Position numbers and translations under genes: made by a program
In this document: piece by piece, positions 37,076 to 48,100 of the stretch
Numbering within the stretch: position 1 is the first letter of the stretch
Layout: each line of letters begins with the position of its first letter
Assembly (NCBI GenBank): GCA_965204575.1
Contig: OZ241993.1
Span: forward strand, 1,024,001-1,088,000
DNA from: an uncultured candidatus Porisulfidus sp.
GTDB lineage: Bacteria > Pseudomonadota > Gammaproteobacteria > Poriferisulfidales > Poriferisulfidaceae
Length of the DNA: 64,000 nt
Direction: 5' to 3'
The notes under the pieces: model-generated
Database searches by the model: none
What the model was told of the DNA's origin: nothing
Seen by the model: the letters and a program-made list of their open reading frames with translations, nothing else

Positions 37076-37109
37076 GTATATAATCCGGTAACGTTACCGG
37101 ATTATATAC
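37076..37109. promoter_or_regulatory. perfect 34-bp palindrome (operator candidate)
   Basis: gtatataatccggtaac|gttaccggattatatac abuts the antitoxin ATG. Confidence 0.8.
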
Positions 37110-37181
37110 TATAATAACCTGGATGCGAATAGAACGCTGTCATCTCGGATTTTCATAAATGATAAATGAGGTTCATTCGAT

Positions 37182-37532
37182 ATGAATATTCAAGACTACG
37201 TTGAAGAGGGAATCTTCTCTCCGAAATTGATTTCGGATGTGCTTTTCACGACCCAGTCCGATATTGCAAACACCTTGGGTCTCACTCGGAGTGCTTTTTC
37301 CCACGCCGAGAGGCGACGGGCAGAGAAAACACAAACCCGATTGCAGGAAATGCTGGAGATTCTCGATCGCGTCGAGCAGTTCACTGGCTCACCGCTTGCA
37401 TCTTACGCATGGTTTCGTTCGGAACCAATCACCGGGTTCGGGGGGCATACCGCCAGCAGGCTGGTACGCGAAGGACACGCTGATTACGTGCATGAGTATC
37501 TTGACCGCAAACAGGCTGGCAGAGATGCCTGA
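37182..37532 (+). CDS. Xre/MbcA/ParS (DUF2384)-type antitoxin, orphan
   Basis: HTH plus AYAWFRSEPITGFGGHTASRLVREG-like C-domain; no RES toxin follows. Confidence 0.8.
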   Translation: MNIQDYVEEGIFSPKLISDVLFTTQSDIANTLGLTRSAFSHAERRRAEKTQTRLQEMLEILDRVEQFTGSPLASYAWFRSEPITGFGGHTASRLVREGHADYVHEYLDRKQAGRDA

Positions 37533-37588
37533 TCAAGTTGTTTGCCCATACGCTATACTTTTCGCGCCTTTTTAGCTACGCAATTGTT

Positions 37589-37657
37589 CAGTGCCTGCCG
37601 TCACCCTTTCTGACGGCTCGACCCGCGAGTTTGCACAGCCGGTCACGGTGATGCAGA
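37589..37657 (+). repeat. stranded copy of the thrS 5' end (diverged repeat of 46171-46239)
   Basis: GTG-initiated MPAVTLSDGSTREFAQPVTVMQ versus [22 protein letters not shown]; last 22 nt identical. Confidence 0.93.
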
Positions 37658-37722
37658 GGTTGGGAAGGCAATCTCGACAAATTCCGGCAAGGCCGCCCGG
37701 CGTGATCTAATTGATTGGGGGC

Positions 37723-38946
37723 CTATGCTGGGCATTCAAACGCTGTCGCATAGGCCGCGAGATCTGCCGCACTCATGTCGAGTTGTCGTGCGATTTCTTT
37801 CCAGCCGGCAACCGCAGTGGCAACTTCGTCGATGATGGCTTCGGCTCGGTGCGCGCTCAATGCGAAGTAGGGTGCAGCGGTGCGGGCGAGATCCAGATTA
37901 GCCTCTGGGCCTTCTTCCGAGATCCAGGTCGTCAATTCTCGCGCTTTCTCGGCCAGGGGCACCGGGTTCAGGTCATAGGCCGGTGAAAGACGCCATTGGT
38001 TGTCATGGTCGTACAGGAACCCGTGATTGCGGAGGTGGTCGTCCAGGTTGCCTGCCATCACATTGAATACGACCCGTCGCCACAGTTCGTGCAGGTCTTC
38101 CGTCGGGGCGCTTGAGTGCATCCTGATGGCTTCCGCGATATCCGTGTACGCCGCTTCGTCGCCATCCTCGAGCCCCAGGAGGGTCATCGCCGAGATGAAC
38201 GGGATCCGCCGCTCGCCATCCCGGTCGAATCGTGTCATCAGGGATACCGGTCGGCCCGCCACGTCCAACAGTGTGGCTTCTGCAGTGTTGATGCCGGCGG
38301 CGGCGGCCAATGTCATGGCCAGCACCTCGCCATGGGGAATACTTCGGTCGTCATCCTGTGTCGGAAACTTGGCGATGGCGAGGCGGCCGTCATCATCTAT
38401 GACGGCGGATTTTGGCCGGGCGCCGCCGAGAGGGGAACCTTCGTTCAGAAGGATCTTCAGGTCTTCGGCAGTTTCGGTGCCTGATCCTACGGCATCGGCA
38501 GCATTGATCAGTTCCGGCAGCCGAATCAAGGGAGGCACGCGGCGGGGGCGGGTGCCGGGTTCGAGACCTTCTTCGCCTTTTCGGCGGAACTGGAGTGCGC
38601 CGATTCTCGTTCGGTCGTCAATGGAGAGAAGGTAATCCACCTCGGACAAGGTGCGCTTTTCGCCGGTTTTGCGAAAAGCCCGCCTGGCCAGTTGCCGACC
38701 CCATCGGTCCGGTGCGGCATCGCGCAATGCACCGGGCAGTGCTGACTTGCTCGACGAGGTATAAAACGGTTGCTGTCCGAGCGGCAGGTTCGCGGGGTCG
38801 AGCGCAAAGGCCTGAGGACGATTGAGCCATTCATGGGCGTATTCGAAAACCGAGCTTGGGCCACGCCGCTTGGCAAGGTAATGGAACCGTCCGACAAGAC
38901 AGGCCACTCCATTGTCGTCGATGAAGACTTCAAGGGTGTCGGTCAT
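37723..38946 (-). CDS. HipA-family kinase toxin
   Basis: SPLGGARPKS, IAKFP, GNLDDHLRNHGF, LSPAYDLNP. Confidence 0.93.
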   Translation of the reverse strand: MTDTLEVFIDDNGVACLVGRFHYLAKRRGPSSVFEYAHEWLNRPQAFALDPANLPLGQQPFYTSSSKSALPGALRDAAPDRWGRQLARRAFRKTGEKRTLSEVDYLLSIDDRTRIGALQFRRKGEEGLEPGTRPRRVPPLIRLPELINAADAVGSGTETAEDLKILLNEGSPLGGARPKSAVIDDDGRLAIAKFPTQDDDRSIPHGEVLAMTLAAAAGINTAEATLLDVAGRPVSLMTRFDRDGERRIPFISAMTLLGLEDGDEAAYTDIAEAIRMHSSAPTEDLHELWRRVVFNVMAGNLDDHLRNHGFLYDHDNQWRLSPAYDLNPVPLAEKARELTTWISEEGPEANLDLARTAAPYFALSAHRAEAIIDEVATAVAGWKEIARQLDMSAADLAAYATAFECPA

Positions 38947-39278
38947 GATGGTGCCCGGGTTTGCTTGCGGGGCCGTATTTTCTTGGGCAGCCGGTGTTCT
39001 TCAAGGTCCAGTCCGAGGGAATCGTCGCGTCGGTCAGCCACTTGGCCGAGACCTTCGGCAAGCCCGAGGATCGCCAACACGGTCGCATAGGCCCCCATCG
39101 AGACCGAAGGGTCGCCGCGCTCCACCTTGTGGAGGGTGGCACGGCTAATGAATGCCCGTTCCGCCATCGAGACCGTGGAGATGCGGCGCTTCTTCCGCGC
39201 CACCACGATGTCCTCGCCGAGCTTGGCGAGGGCACGCTTCGCCGCACCAGGCAGTGCACGTGTCGCTAAGGTCTTCAT
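38943..39278 (-). CDS. Xre-HTH antitoxin of the HipA module
   Basis: MAERAFISRATLHKVERGDPSVSMG; overlaps the hipA start. Confidence 0.88.
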   Translation of the reverse strand: MKTLATRALPGAAKRALAKLGEDIVVARKKRRISTVSMAERAFISRATLHKVERGDPSVSMGAYATVLAILGLAEGLGQVADRRDDSLGLDLEEHRLPKKIRPRKQTRAPS

Positions 39279-39990
39279 ATTGTCTTATATTATAATCAAA
39301 AAACAATTGAATGTTTATTTAATTATACAATATGATACATGCCTTCCTGTTGTGAAGTGCTTCAGGTTACGCCCATTGCGGGCAGCTTTCCAGAAGGATA
39401 GAGACTCTCCGCATGAAGAACGAGCCTGTCCTGCTTCATTCGGACCGGGGCTTTGACCCAATCAGGAGCACCCTGGCCTGAGGGTCCTGAAGTCGCCGTC
39501 GGGAGGTCTCGGCCTGCCTTTTGCCGATGGGAAAGGATCCGTATTCCGTGCCTTGGCTTGTTGATTCTTCGACAGATGGAATCTCTTCATAATCATTTCA
39601 AAAATAGTGAAATGATATATTGATAAATTGAATAATCCGTTGTATATCATTCATATAATAATTTCAAATATCCTAATTATTGTTTCATGCCAATCACCGA
39701 CTCGGCCGTGAGTTTCACGGACTGCATGAGGGCAACGTGATACGCTACCGGTTGAGGCTTGAGGATCTTGCCGGGCTCGGAGAGGATTCATGATGAAACG
39801 TCTACGGACTCTTGCGAAGAAGATTTTCGGCATCGTGGACATTCGACGCTTCGGAGAGTTTGCGAGAAGCGGCCGCGCCTGCTCAGGCCGTTAGCACTCC
39901 CGGTCGTTCGGGTCCGGATCAGTAAGAGACTGCCTTTTACTCAGACAACTCGCGGGTCGAGGGGCGATCGTGCAACTAAGGGATGAGACT

Positions 39991-40021
39991 GATGTGTATA
40001 ATATCTGTAATTATACACATC
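39991..40021. promoter_or_regulatory. vapBC operator inverted repeat
   Basis: gatgtgtataat-N7-attatacacatc containing a TATAAT box. Confidence 0.7.
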
Positions 40022-40031
40022 TGGAGTTGTC

Positions 40032-40226
40032 ATGCGCACCAATATCGAGATCAATGATAGTTTGATGGCAGAGGCCATGAAGGCGGGAGGATTCGAGACC
40101 AAGAAAGCTACTGTGGAGGAAGGATTGCGCCTGCTTGTGCAAACCCGATTACAGGGACGAATCCGGAAATTGCGCGGGAAGTTGCGCTGGGAGGATTCGC
40201 TTGACGAAATGCGGCGTGACCGGTGA
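40032..40226 (+). CDS. vapB: VapB antitoxin (DUF2191 type)
   Basis: MRTNIEINDSLMAEAM..TKKATVEEGL..WEDSLDEMR. Confidence 0.9.
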   Translation: MRTNIEINDSLMAEAMKAGGFETKKATVEEGLRLLVQTRLQGRIRKLRGKLRWEDSLDEMRRDR

Positions 40227-40612
40227 TTGTCGTCGACTCCTCCGTCTGGATTGATTACTTCAACGGCACCGAGACCCGAGAAACCGCGCTGCTTGACGGA
40301 ATCCTCGGCCTGGAACCGGTTATGGTGGGCGACCTTATTCTGGCGGAGGTTCTGCAAGGTTTCCACGCTGACCGCGACGTTCGCAGGGCGCGTATGGTGC
40401 TGGATACCCTATTGTTTGAGCCTATGCTGGGCCGCGGTATTGCTTTGGCCAGTGCTGCTAATTACCGGACACTTCGTGGCAAAGGTATTACCGTACGGAA
40501 AACCATTGACGTGCTAATCGCGACCTTTTGTATAGAAAATGGCCATGTCTTGCTTCACTCTGACCGGGACTTTGTCCCGATTGAAGAACACCTCGGACTA
40601 AAAGCCCTTTAG
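40223..40612 (+). CDS. vapC: VapC PIN toxin
   Basis: MIVVDSSVWID, EVLQG, TIDVLIA, LLHSDRDF. Confidence 0.93.
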   Translation: MIVVDSSVWIDYFNGTETRETALLDGILGLEPVMVGDLILAEVLQGFHADRDVRRARMVLDTLLFEPMLGRGIALASAANYRTLRGKGITVRKTIDVLIATFCIENGHVLLHSDRDFVPIEEHLGLKAL

Positions 40613-40804
40613 CCATTGAATAGCCCTACAAGTTTTTCAGGGTGAGCATTTCGTTTGGTGGACAGGCCGGGATTGTTTTGGGGTGCGGTCGAGGATGGCT
40701 AGACTGTCATGGGTGGCTCTCCAGAAGCAATAGATACTCTATTCCGTATACAATATGATTATACGCAATAGCGTGTTTTCATGTCATTGGAACCGGAGTT
40801 GACA

Positions 40805-41053
40805 ATGAATCAAATCGCCCGAACTGCGAAACAGGTCGGCGTGGCGGTGCGTCGCCATCGTCGTGCCTTGGGGTGGAGTCAAAGCGACCTCGGATCAAAA
40901 GCGGGCCTGCGCCAGGCGACGATATCGACGCTGGAGAGCGGAGAACCCGGGACGCGCTTGCGTACGCTGGTCGACGTCATGGCCGCGCTCGATCTTGAGG
41001 TGGTGATCCGGGACCGCTCCAAGGCTCCCAAGAGCATCGAGGAACTGTTCTGA
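40805..41053 (+). CDS. hipB: HipB antitoxin
   Basis: WSQSDLGSKAGLRQATISTLESG HTH upstream of hipA. Confidence 0.88.
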   Translation: MNQIARTAKQVGVAVRRHRRALGWSQSDLGSKAGLRQATISTLESGEPGTRLRTLVDVMAALDLEVVIRDRSKAPKSIEELF

Positions 41054-42354
41054 TGGCGCGTCGGCGAACCCATATTCCTCTCGACGTCTACCTCAATGGC
41101 CGTCTTGTCGGCCGGTTGCATCGGTCGGCGGGTGGAGCAGTAGAGTTCCGGTATGACGAGAGTTGGCTGAGTTGGGAGGGCGCCTTGCCGGTTTCACTCT
41201 CGCTGCCGCTGCGCGAGGAGCGCTATTCGGGTGATGCCGTCATCACGGTTCTGGACAATCTGCTTCCGGATGATGAAGCAGTTCGCCGCCGGGTCGCGGA
41301 GCGGGTCAGGGCCGAGAGCCATAGCGTTTACGATCTCCTGTCGAAGATCGGAAGGGATTGCGTGGGGGCCTTGCAGTTCCTGCCTCAAGGGTATGCGCCC
41401 GACCCGGTGGATGCGGTGGAAGGGCGACAGATTCCTGATGGCGAGGTTGCCGAAAGAATCCGCAGCCTTGCCATGACTCCGCTGGGCATCGACGAGACGG
41501 AAGCCTTCCGGATCTCGATTGCAGGCATGCAGGAGAAAACCGCTTTCCTCCACTGGGGAGGGGAGTGGCACCTCCCGCACGGCACGACCGCGACGACCCA
41601 CATCATGAAACCGCAGATTGGCGTATTGCCGAACGGGATTGATCTCACCCAGAGCGTGGAAAACGAGCATCTGTGCCTGAAGCTAACTTCCGCTTTCGGG
41701 TTGCCCACCGCGCGCACGGCAATCACGGACTTCGACGATATCCGCGTGCTGGTGATCGAGCGTTTTGATCGGCGCTGGGACCAGGAAGAGCGATTGTTGC
41801 GGTTGCCTCAGGAAGACTGTTGCCAGGCGCTTTCGGTGCCGTCGTCTCTGAAATACGATGCCGACGGCGGCCCCGGAATGTCCGATCTTCTCAACTTGCT
41901 GCAAGGCAGCGACACGCCATCGGTGGACCGGCGGCTGTTCCTGAAGTCTCAGATCGTGTTCTGGCTACTCGGTGCGACTGACGGGCACGCCAAGAACTTC
42001 TCCGTTTTCTTGGGACCCGGATCCCGGTTCAGCCTAACTCCTTTTTATGACGTGATGTCGACGCAGCCCGCCGTGTATGCGGGAAAGATCAGAAAGAACC
42101 AGTACAAATTCGCACTCGCGGTCGGCGACAATCGGCACTACGTCATGGACACGATCCTGCCGCGCCATTTCGTGCAAACGGCAGAAAGCAGTGGCGTGAA
42201 AGGTACGGTCGTTGAAGAGGTCTGCGCTGAAGTAGCGGGATCAGCCGAACACGCAATCGGTGAAGCGCTGGGTTCCTTGCCAGAGGATTTTCCGGAGGCG
42301 CTGGCCGACTCGATTATCCAGGGAGTGCGGGCGCGTTTGAAGCGGCTTCAGTAG
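41053..42354 (+). CDS. hipA: HipA kinase toxin (E. coli-like)
   Basis: SLSLP, GRDCVGA, RISIAGMQEK, ATDGHAKNFS, PFYDVMS. Confidence 0.95.
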   Translation: MARRRTHIPLDVYLNGRLVGRLHRSAGGAVEFRYDESWLSWEGALPVSLSLPLREERYSGDAVITVLDNLLPDDEAVRRRVAERVRAESHSVYDLLSKIGRDCVGALQFLPQGYAPDPVDAVEGRQIPDGEVAERIRSLAMTPLGIDETEAFRISIAGMQEKTAFLHWGGEWHLPHGTTATTHIMKPQIGVLPNGIDLTQSVENEHLCLKLTSAFGLPTARTAITDFDDIRVLVIERFDRRWDQEERLLRLPQEDCCQALSVPSSLKYDADGGPGMSDLLNLLQGSDTPSVDRRLFLKSQIVFWLLGATDGHAKNFSVFLGPGSRFSLTPFYDVMSTQPAVYAGKIRKNQYKFALAVGDNRHYVMDTILPRHFVQTAESSGVKGTVVEEVCAEVAGSAEHAIGEALGSLPEDFPEALADSIIQGVRARLKRLQ

Positions 42355-42529
42355 ATGGCGGGTCGAGATCCGGGGATTTTTTCAGCAACTTGAACGCGAG
42401 ATTGAACAGTAGTATCAGTCATTTCCATGTGTTTTCCCTGTAGCGGATATGCCCTGATCCTAACTCGATTCCCGTCGCGTCTGTCAAGTTTATCTATATA
42501 GTCCCCTTTTTAGGCATTGAATTCTTCTT

Positions 42530-44414
42530 CCCCGATCTCCGAGCTAGGGCGATTTTGGGGGATTTTTTCCGTTTGGGGTTGCCCACCAAGAGATTTTCGA
42601 GCCGAAGAGGGTGATGTGGTCGGGTTTTGTGTCCAACCGCTGGGGGCTGAGGATGATTTTTGACGCTTCGGCGCCCTGTCGCGCAGGGCTCCGCTCGCCG
42701 CTCAGGCGGCCCGTGCCAGGGTCGCAGCCGAACCGGTCGTCACGAAGTGTCGTAGGCCAGGAACCCGGCCATTCGGTCCAGCGCCTGCCGGACCCGCTGC
42801 ACATGAGCCGTCTGGAACACCAGCCGCCGGTTGCGGGCATGCCGCACCACCTTGGCCACCAGGTGGACCCAGCACAGGCGCACCTGCTTCATCCGGGTCC
42901 ACAGCCAGTCGCGTCCGAACGCGGCATGCCGCAGCAGCGCGTTGACGTTGGCCGACAGCACCGCCAGCTGCCACCAGGCGGCGTTCGCCCCGAACTTCCC
43001 CGACGGCATCATGCCGCCGGCCAGGTCCTGCTTGAGCACGGCGTGCACCTCTTCGCCATGCCCGCAGCGCTCGTGCGCGAAGCGCACCACCTCCGAGGCG
43101 GTCATCCCCAGGCCCGCCCCCTCCCCGGAGCGCCCCGGATACGGCAGGTTGGTCAGATAGACCCGGTAGCGGTACGCCGGACGCCCGGACCTCGCCGGCG
43201 TCTCGTCCGGGTTCACCCCCAACACGCCCGGCAAGACACGCCGGGTGCCGACATGGCGCAGCAGCTGCCCCCGGGACTGCCGCGCGCCCCACGGCGAGAC
43301 ATAATCCAGGTCGGCGCATTCCAGTTCCGGCTCCGAGGCCCGCACCGGCTCCCACCACTGCTCCGGCGTCGCCCCCACGGCCTCGCGTAGTTCTTCTCTC
43401 TGCGGCGCGCCGACCACGAAGCCGATCACGCCGAAGCGGCGCAATGCCGCCGGGCGCGAAGCCGGCACGTTGCAGAAGCGGATCAGCCGGTTCTGGCAAC
43501 CCGCCCCGTCCGAACGCAGCCACACCCGCCGCACCTCCGGCGGCAGCCCCGACAGCACCCGCTGGAGCATCTCCAGGTTGCCCACCGAGGCCGGCACGTT
43601 GCCGTCGCGGAACTGGCTCGCCAGCACCATGCCCAACTCCGGGCAGAACATCGACAGCGGCTGGTAGCCCCGCTCGCCCGGAACCTCGCCGGTCGAACTG
43701 CGGTAGGTCGGCTGCGCCTCGCGCTTGCCCGAGGCCAGCACCGTCGCATCCAGGTCCAGGGTCAACTCGTCCAGCCCCAGGCGCCGGATCAGGCCCCGCG
43801 CCAGCCGCCGGTTGACCGCCTCGACCAGTTGCAGGGCCGCCGCCGGCTCCGGCACCACCGCCGCGCCCTTCACGCGCGCCGCACCGGCCGCCGCATCATG
43901 GAAACGCCGCAGCCAGTCATGCACCGCATTGGCGGACGGGAAGGTGCGCCCGCGCCCCCCGCGGAAGCGCGCCGCCAGCCCCGCCGGCATCACCCCCAGA
44001 AGCTCCGGTTCGTAGTCGCGCACCAGTCGGCACAGGCTGCGGTCCGCCTCCAGCGCGTCCACGTCCGAGACCCGCTCGTGACCGATCACGTTGAGCAGCA
44101 GCACGGTCAGCATCATCTGGCCGTCGCGCCAGCCCTGCGCCCCGGCCACCTGCACCGGAAGGGTCCGAAACGCCCCGCTGCGGCGCAGCAGCTCCAGCCA
44201 CAGCACGGCCCCGCCACAGGCGCTGGTTCGGCTTAACTTGGGGTCGCCCCCAATGGCGACCAAAGGGGAAAAGTTCGACATATAATGAGACTCCCGGTTG
44301 GTTGTTCCCGGTTCACCCAATGGGTGAAACTTTTGCACCACCGATTTTAACCGTTTCACTCGGTTAAATAAGCGCCAACCGGGACCTCGCTCTCATTTAG
44401 CTCGGATATCGGGG
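42530..44414 (-). mobile_element. IS1380-family insertion sequence
   Basis: 17-bp terminal IRs (ccccgatctccgagcta at 42530-42546; tagctcggatatcgggg at 44398-44414, 1 mismatch) and 5-bp TSD TTCTT on both sides. Confidence 0.92.
42740..44281 (-). CDS. IS1380-family DDE transposase
   Basis: TLDLDAT, GYQPL, FRDGN, LRSDGAG, RCGHGEEVHAVLKQD, FGANAAW; alternative start at 44359. Confidence 0.9.
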   Translation of the reverse strand: MSNFSPLVAIGGDPKLSRTSACGGAVLWLELLRRSGAFRTLPVQVAGAQGWRDGQMMLTVLLLNVIGHERVSDVDALEADRSLCRLVRDYEPELLGVMPAGLAARFRGGRGRTFPSANAVHDWLRRFHDAAAGAARVKGAAVVPEPAAALQLVEAVNRRLARGLIRRLGLDELTLDLDATVLASGKREAQPTYRSSTGEVPGERGYQPLSMFCPELGMVLASQFRDGNVPASVGNLEMLQRVLSGLPPEVRRVWLRSDGAGCQNRLIRFCNVPASRPAALRRFGVIGFVVGAPQREELREAVGATPEQWWEPVRASEPELECADLDYVSPWGARQSRGQLLRHVGTRRVLPGVLGVNPDETPARSGRPAYRYRVYLTNLPYPGRSGEGAGLGMTASEVVRFAHERCGHGEEVHAVLKQDLAGGMMPSGKFGANAAWWQLAVLSANVNALLRHAAFGRDWLWTRMKQVRLCWVHLVAKVVRHARNRRLVFQTAHVQRVRQALDRMAGFLAYDTS

Positions 44415-44456
44415 TTCTTTATTTCCTCCTATAATAAGTAAAGGAGGATTTTATAG

Positions 44457-44711
44457 ATGCCTTTAAACATCAAAAATATTGCTACTCATGCGTTAGCAAA
44501 GAAAATCGCAACCTTAACTGGGGAGTCTATGACTAAGGTTGTCACAGAGGCTCTCCAGGAGAAATTGGTGCAAGTGGAAAAGGCAAAAGGCCGCGTTGGA
44601 CTGGCGGAGGAACTTGATCGCATTGCCTTGCACTGTGCCAGTCTACCAAGGCGCGATGACAGAAGCCCCGACGAGATCATTGGTTACGACGACCACGGGC
44701 TACCCCAGTGA
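44457..44711 (+). CDS. vapB: VapB antitoxin (Rv0623-like)
   Basis: MPLNIKN..LTGESMTKVV..IIGYDDHGLP; AAGGAGG RBS. Confidence 0.9.
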   Translation: MPLNIKNIATHALAKKIATLTGESMTKVVTEALQEKLVQVEKAKGRVGLAEELDRIALHCASLPRRDDRSPDEIIGYDDHGLPQ

Positions 44712-45129
44712 TCGCCATTGATGCGTCTGCTCTCATCGCGATTCTGAGCGATGAACCGGAACGAAGTGGTTTCAACAAACTGATCGAGTCGGAAGAATTT
44801 GCGTACATTAGTGCTGCCAGCCTACTTGAGACCCGTATAGTTCTGTTTTCTCGCTTTGGTGACGATGGAGTCTTGGCTTTGGATTCGTTCCTTCTGAAAA
44901 GTGGCATCACTGTTGTCGAGGTCTCTCCCCGCATGGGCGCATTGCATTTGAGGCATACCAGCGTTTTGGCAAAGGGACAGGCCATGGCGCATCTCTAAAT
45001 TACGGAGACTGTTTTTCGTATGCTTTGGCAAAATATCTGGATGCTCCACTTCTCTTTAAGGGCGATGACTTTTCCAAAACAGACATTTTCTCGACGTTGG
45101 TCGATACAGGAGAAACAGGTCAGCACTGA
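44708..45129 (+). pseudogene. vapC: frameshifted VapC toxin
   Basis: IDASALIAIL start; after about 44940 the conserved AYQRFGKG..LNYGDCFSYALAK..PLLFKGDDF tail lies in another frame. Confidence 0.88.
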
Positions 45130-45288
45130 GCAAGTGACTGAAGATCAAATGTCTGCATTGATCCTTGTCGCATGTGGATTGTAAAACTGCAAAACTGATG
45201 TCCAAGACAAATCACTGGTGTTGTACCTCAGAGTTGAACCTGGGTCTTATAAAATATCCCGGTATCGGATTCATACAGGAACGGTAAC

Positions 45289-46164
45289 ATGGGAAATACC
45301 GAGGAATGCTATAAAGTTTGCCGTGAGAATATATCGGAGGCAGGACTATGGGTAGTGAAGTCAGAATATTGCGTGGTCCGTGCTTTGAGATCTCCACGGT
45401 GGTCAAAAACTTCTCAGCGTGACGAATCATCTAGGCCAGGTGTTTACATTCTTGCTGATGGAGCTAAAGAAAAGATTTACATTGGTCAAACCGATACTCT
45501 TCAGAAGAGAATACGTACTCATAAAAATAATAGATTCGATTGGTGGGAAGAAATGTTGTGGATTACCCCGGATGGAAGCTACCGGTTCGGGACAGACCGT
45601 AGACGCTACGTGGAATCCAAGCTGATAAGCCAAGCCCGGAAGCAAGAGATCGAATTGAAAAATGATCAGTTTCCAGAACCACCTCAGCTAGACCTAGATG
45701 AGCAAAAAGACCTAGATGAAAAGGTTCTAAATCCCATTCTCCAGATATTTATTCCTTTGATGATGGGCTTCAATTTTGTGTTGCCATCGCCCCAGAGAGA
45801 TACTGAACCAGGTTGTACTGAGTTTGAAATTATTCCGCAACAAGAGAGCATCAAGGCCTTTGCGAAGATAGTTGGCGGCAAATGGATTGTGCAAAAAGGT
45901 TCTCAAGCCCGCAAAGATTGGATGGGAGGTGCGAGAACGAAAGAGCTCATTAAGGGGGCATACCACAATCTGTATCAGTCTTTAAAGAAACAGGATATTC
46001 TTCGCGAATACGAGGAATTCTGTGTTTTCACCGAAGACCATGAATTTGATAGTCCTAGTGCGGCCGCATCTGTCATCTACGGACGACAGGCCGCGGGTCC
46101 TCGCAATTGGAATGTGAGAGGCGAAGACAAAACCTACCGGGAATGGGAAAAAGAGAACCTATAA
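45289..46164 (+). CDS. GIY-YIG nuclease-family protein with DUF4357 domain
   Basis: PGVYIL..IYIGQT..RIRTH; [19 protein letters not shown]. Confidence 0.85.
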   Translation: MGNTEECYKVCRENISEAGLWVVKSEYCVVRALRSPRWSKTSQRDESSRPGVYILADGAKEKIYIGQTDTLQKRIRTHKNNRFDWWEEMLWITPDGSYRFGTDRRRYVESKLISQARKQEIELKNDQFPEPPQLDLDEQKDLDEKVLNPILQIFIPLMMGFNFVLPSPQRDTEPGCTEFEIIPQQESIKAFAKIVGGKWIVQKGSQARKDWMGGARTKELIKGAYHNLYQSLKKQDILREYEEFCVFTEDHEFDSPSAAASVIYGRQAAGPRNWNVRGEDKTYREWEKENL

Positions 46165-46172
46165 ATCCTCCA

Positions 46173-48098
46173 GTGCCTGTCGTAACCCTTCCTGACGGTT
46201 CCACCCGCGAGTTCAAGCAGCCGGTCACGGTGATGCAGATCGCCGAGGACATCGGTGCGGGCCTTGCCAAGGCGGCATTGGCCGGCCGGGTCAACGGGCG
46301 GTTGGTGGATGCCTGCGTCGAGGTGGACGAGGACGCCGAAGTTTCCATCATCACCAATCGCGACGAGGAAGGCATCGAGATCCTGCGCCATTCGCTGGCA
46401 CACATGCTGGGGCAGGCGGTCAAGCAACTGTATCCAGACGCCCAGATGGCGGTCGGCCCGGTGATCAAGGACGGGTTCTACTACGACATCGCCCACAAGG
46501 AATCCTTCACCGAGGAAGACCTTGAGAAGATCGAGGCCAAGGTGCAGGAGCTGATCGCACAGGACTATGACGTGCTGCGCGAAGTGGTGACCCGAGAGCG
46601 GGCCCGCGAAGAATTCGAGGGACGTGGCGAAACCTACAAGGTGCAGATCGTCGACGAGATCCCGGAAGGCGAGGAAATCGCGCTGTACCACCACCAGGAA
46701 TACGTCGACATGTGTCGTGGCCCGCATGTCCCGAACACCCGCCACCTGCGGGCGTTCAAGTTGACCAAACTGGCGGGCGCCTACTGGCGGGGCGACTCCC
46801 GCAACGAGATGCTGCAGCGCATCTACGGCACCGTCTGGCCGGACGCCAAGCAGCTTCGGGCCTACCTCCACCGGCTGGAGGAAGCGCAGAAGCGCGACCA
46901 CCGCAAGCTGGGGCGCGCGATGGACCTGTTCCATTTCCAGGAGGAAGCGCCGGGCATGGTGTTCTGGCACGCCAACGGCTGGATCCTGTATCGCCAGTTG
47001 GAAAGTTACATTCGCGAACGCCTGGACCAGACGGGCTACCAGGAGGTGCACACTCCGCAGATACTGGATCGCAGCCTTTGGGAGCGGTCCGGGCACTGGG
47101 ACAAGTTCGGCGAGATGATCTTCACCACCGAGTCCGAGAACCGCGAGTACGCGGTCAAGCCGATGAACTGCCCGGGTCATGTCCAGTTGTTCAACCAGGG
47201 GCTCAAGAGTTACCGGGACCTGCCGTTGCGCATGGCCGAATTCGGCACCGTGCACCGCAACGAGCCGTCGGGCACCCTGCACGGGCTGATGCGGGCGCGC
47301 CGCTTCGTGCAGGACGACGCGCACATCTTCTGCACACCGGAACAGCTGCAGGACGAGATTGCCGAGTTGATCGAACTGACGCGTTCGACTTACCGGGACT
47401 TCGGATTCGAAGACATCATATTGGGCCTGTCGACCCGCCCGGAGCGGAGGATCGGCGAGGATGCCCTGTGGGACCGGGCCGAGAAGGCGTTGGACGAGGC
47501 GATGACCGCGACCGGCCTGGAATTCGCCGTGCATCCGGGCGAGGGCGCGTTCTACGGGCCGAAGATCGAGTTCACCTTGACCGACTGCATCGGGCGCGAA
47601 TGGCAGTGCGGCACGATCCAGCTGGATTTCTCCATGCCGGACCGCCTCGGTGCCCGGTACGTGGACGAGAACAGCGAGAAGGTGGTGCCGGTCATGATTC
47701 ATCGTGCCATCTTCGGCTCGCTGGAACGGTTCATCGGCATCCTGATCGAACACTACGCCGGGGACCTGCCGCTGTGGCTGGCGCCCCGCCAGGCAGTGGT
47801 GCTGAACATCACCGATGCCCAGGCCGACTATGCCCGGGAGGCCATGGCACGGTTGCAGGCAGCCGGCGTGCGGGCGCAGAGCGATCTTCGAAACGAGAAA
47901 ATCTCCTTTAAAATACGCGAGCACACGCTCGCGCACGTCCCGTACCTGCTGGTAGTGGGCGATCGGGAACAGGAAAACCGGGCTGTCGCGGTGCGAGCGC
48001 GGGACGGCACGGACCTGGGGCCGGTGCCGCTGGATGAACTGGCGGAGCGGTTTGCTGTTACAATTCGCGCTCGCCGATCAAATCTGATGGAGGATTGA
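46173..48098 (+). CDS. thrS: threonyl-tRNA synthetase
   Basis: GTG start [10 protein letters not shown]; RHSLAH, DMCRGPH, KPMNCP, GAFYGPK. Confidence 0.98.
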   Translation: MPVVTLPDGSTREFKQPVTVMQIAEDIGAGLAKAALAGRVNGRLVDACVEVDEDAEVSIITNRDEEGIEILRHSLAHMLGQAVKQLYPDAQMAVGPVIKDGFYYDIAHKESFTEEDLEKIEAKVQELIAQDYDVLREVVTRERAREEFEGRGETYKVQIVDEIPEGEEIALYHHQEYVDMCRGPHVPNTRHLRAFKLTKLAGAYWRGDSRNEMLQRIYGTVWPDAKQLRAYLHRLEEAQKRDHRKLGRAMDLFHFQEEAPGMVFWHANGWILYRQLESYIRERLDQTGYQEVHTPQILDRSLWERSGHWDKFGEMIFTTESENREYAVKPMNCPGHVQLFNQGLKSYRDLPLRMAEFGTVHRNEPSGTLHGLMRARRFVQDDAHIFCTPEQLQDEIAELIELTRSTYRDFGFEDIILGLSTRPERRIGEDALWDRAEKALDEAMTATGLEFAVHPGEGAFYGPKIEFTLTDCIGREWQCGTIQLDFSMPDRLGARYVDENSEKVVPVMIHRAIFGSLERFIGILIEHYAGDLPLWLAPRQAVVLNITDAQADYAREAMARLQAAGVRAQSDLRNEKISFKIREHTLAHVPYLLVVGDREQENRAVAVRARDGTDLGPVPLDELAERFAVTIRARRSNLMED

Positions 48099-48100
48099 GT

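Noticed and set aside
39460-39900. AT-rich tract and short ORFs between the HipA module and vapBC
   Set aside because: No convincing ORF, repeat array or origin motif
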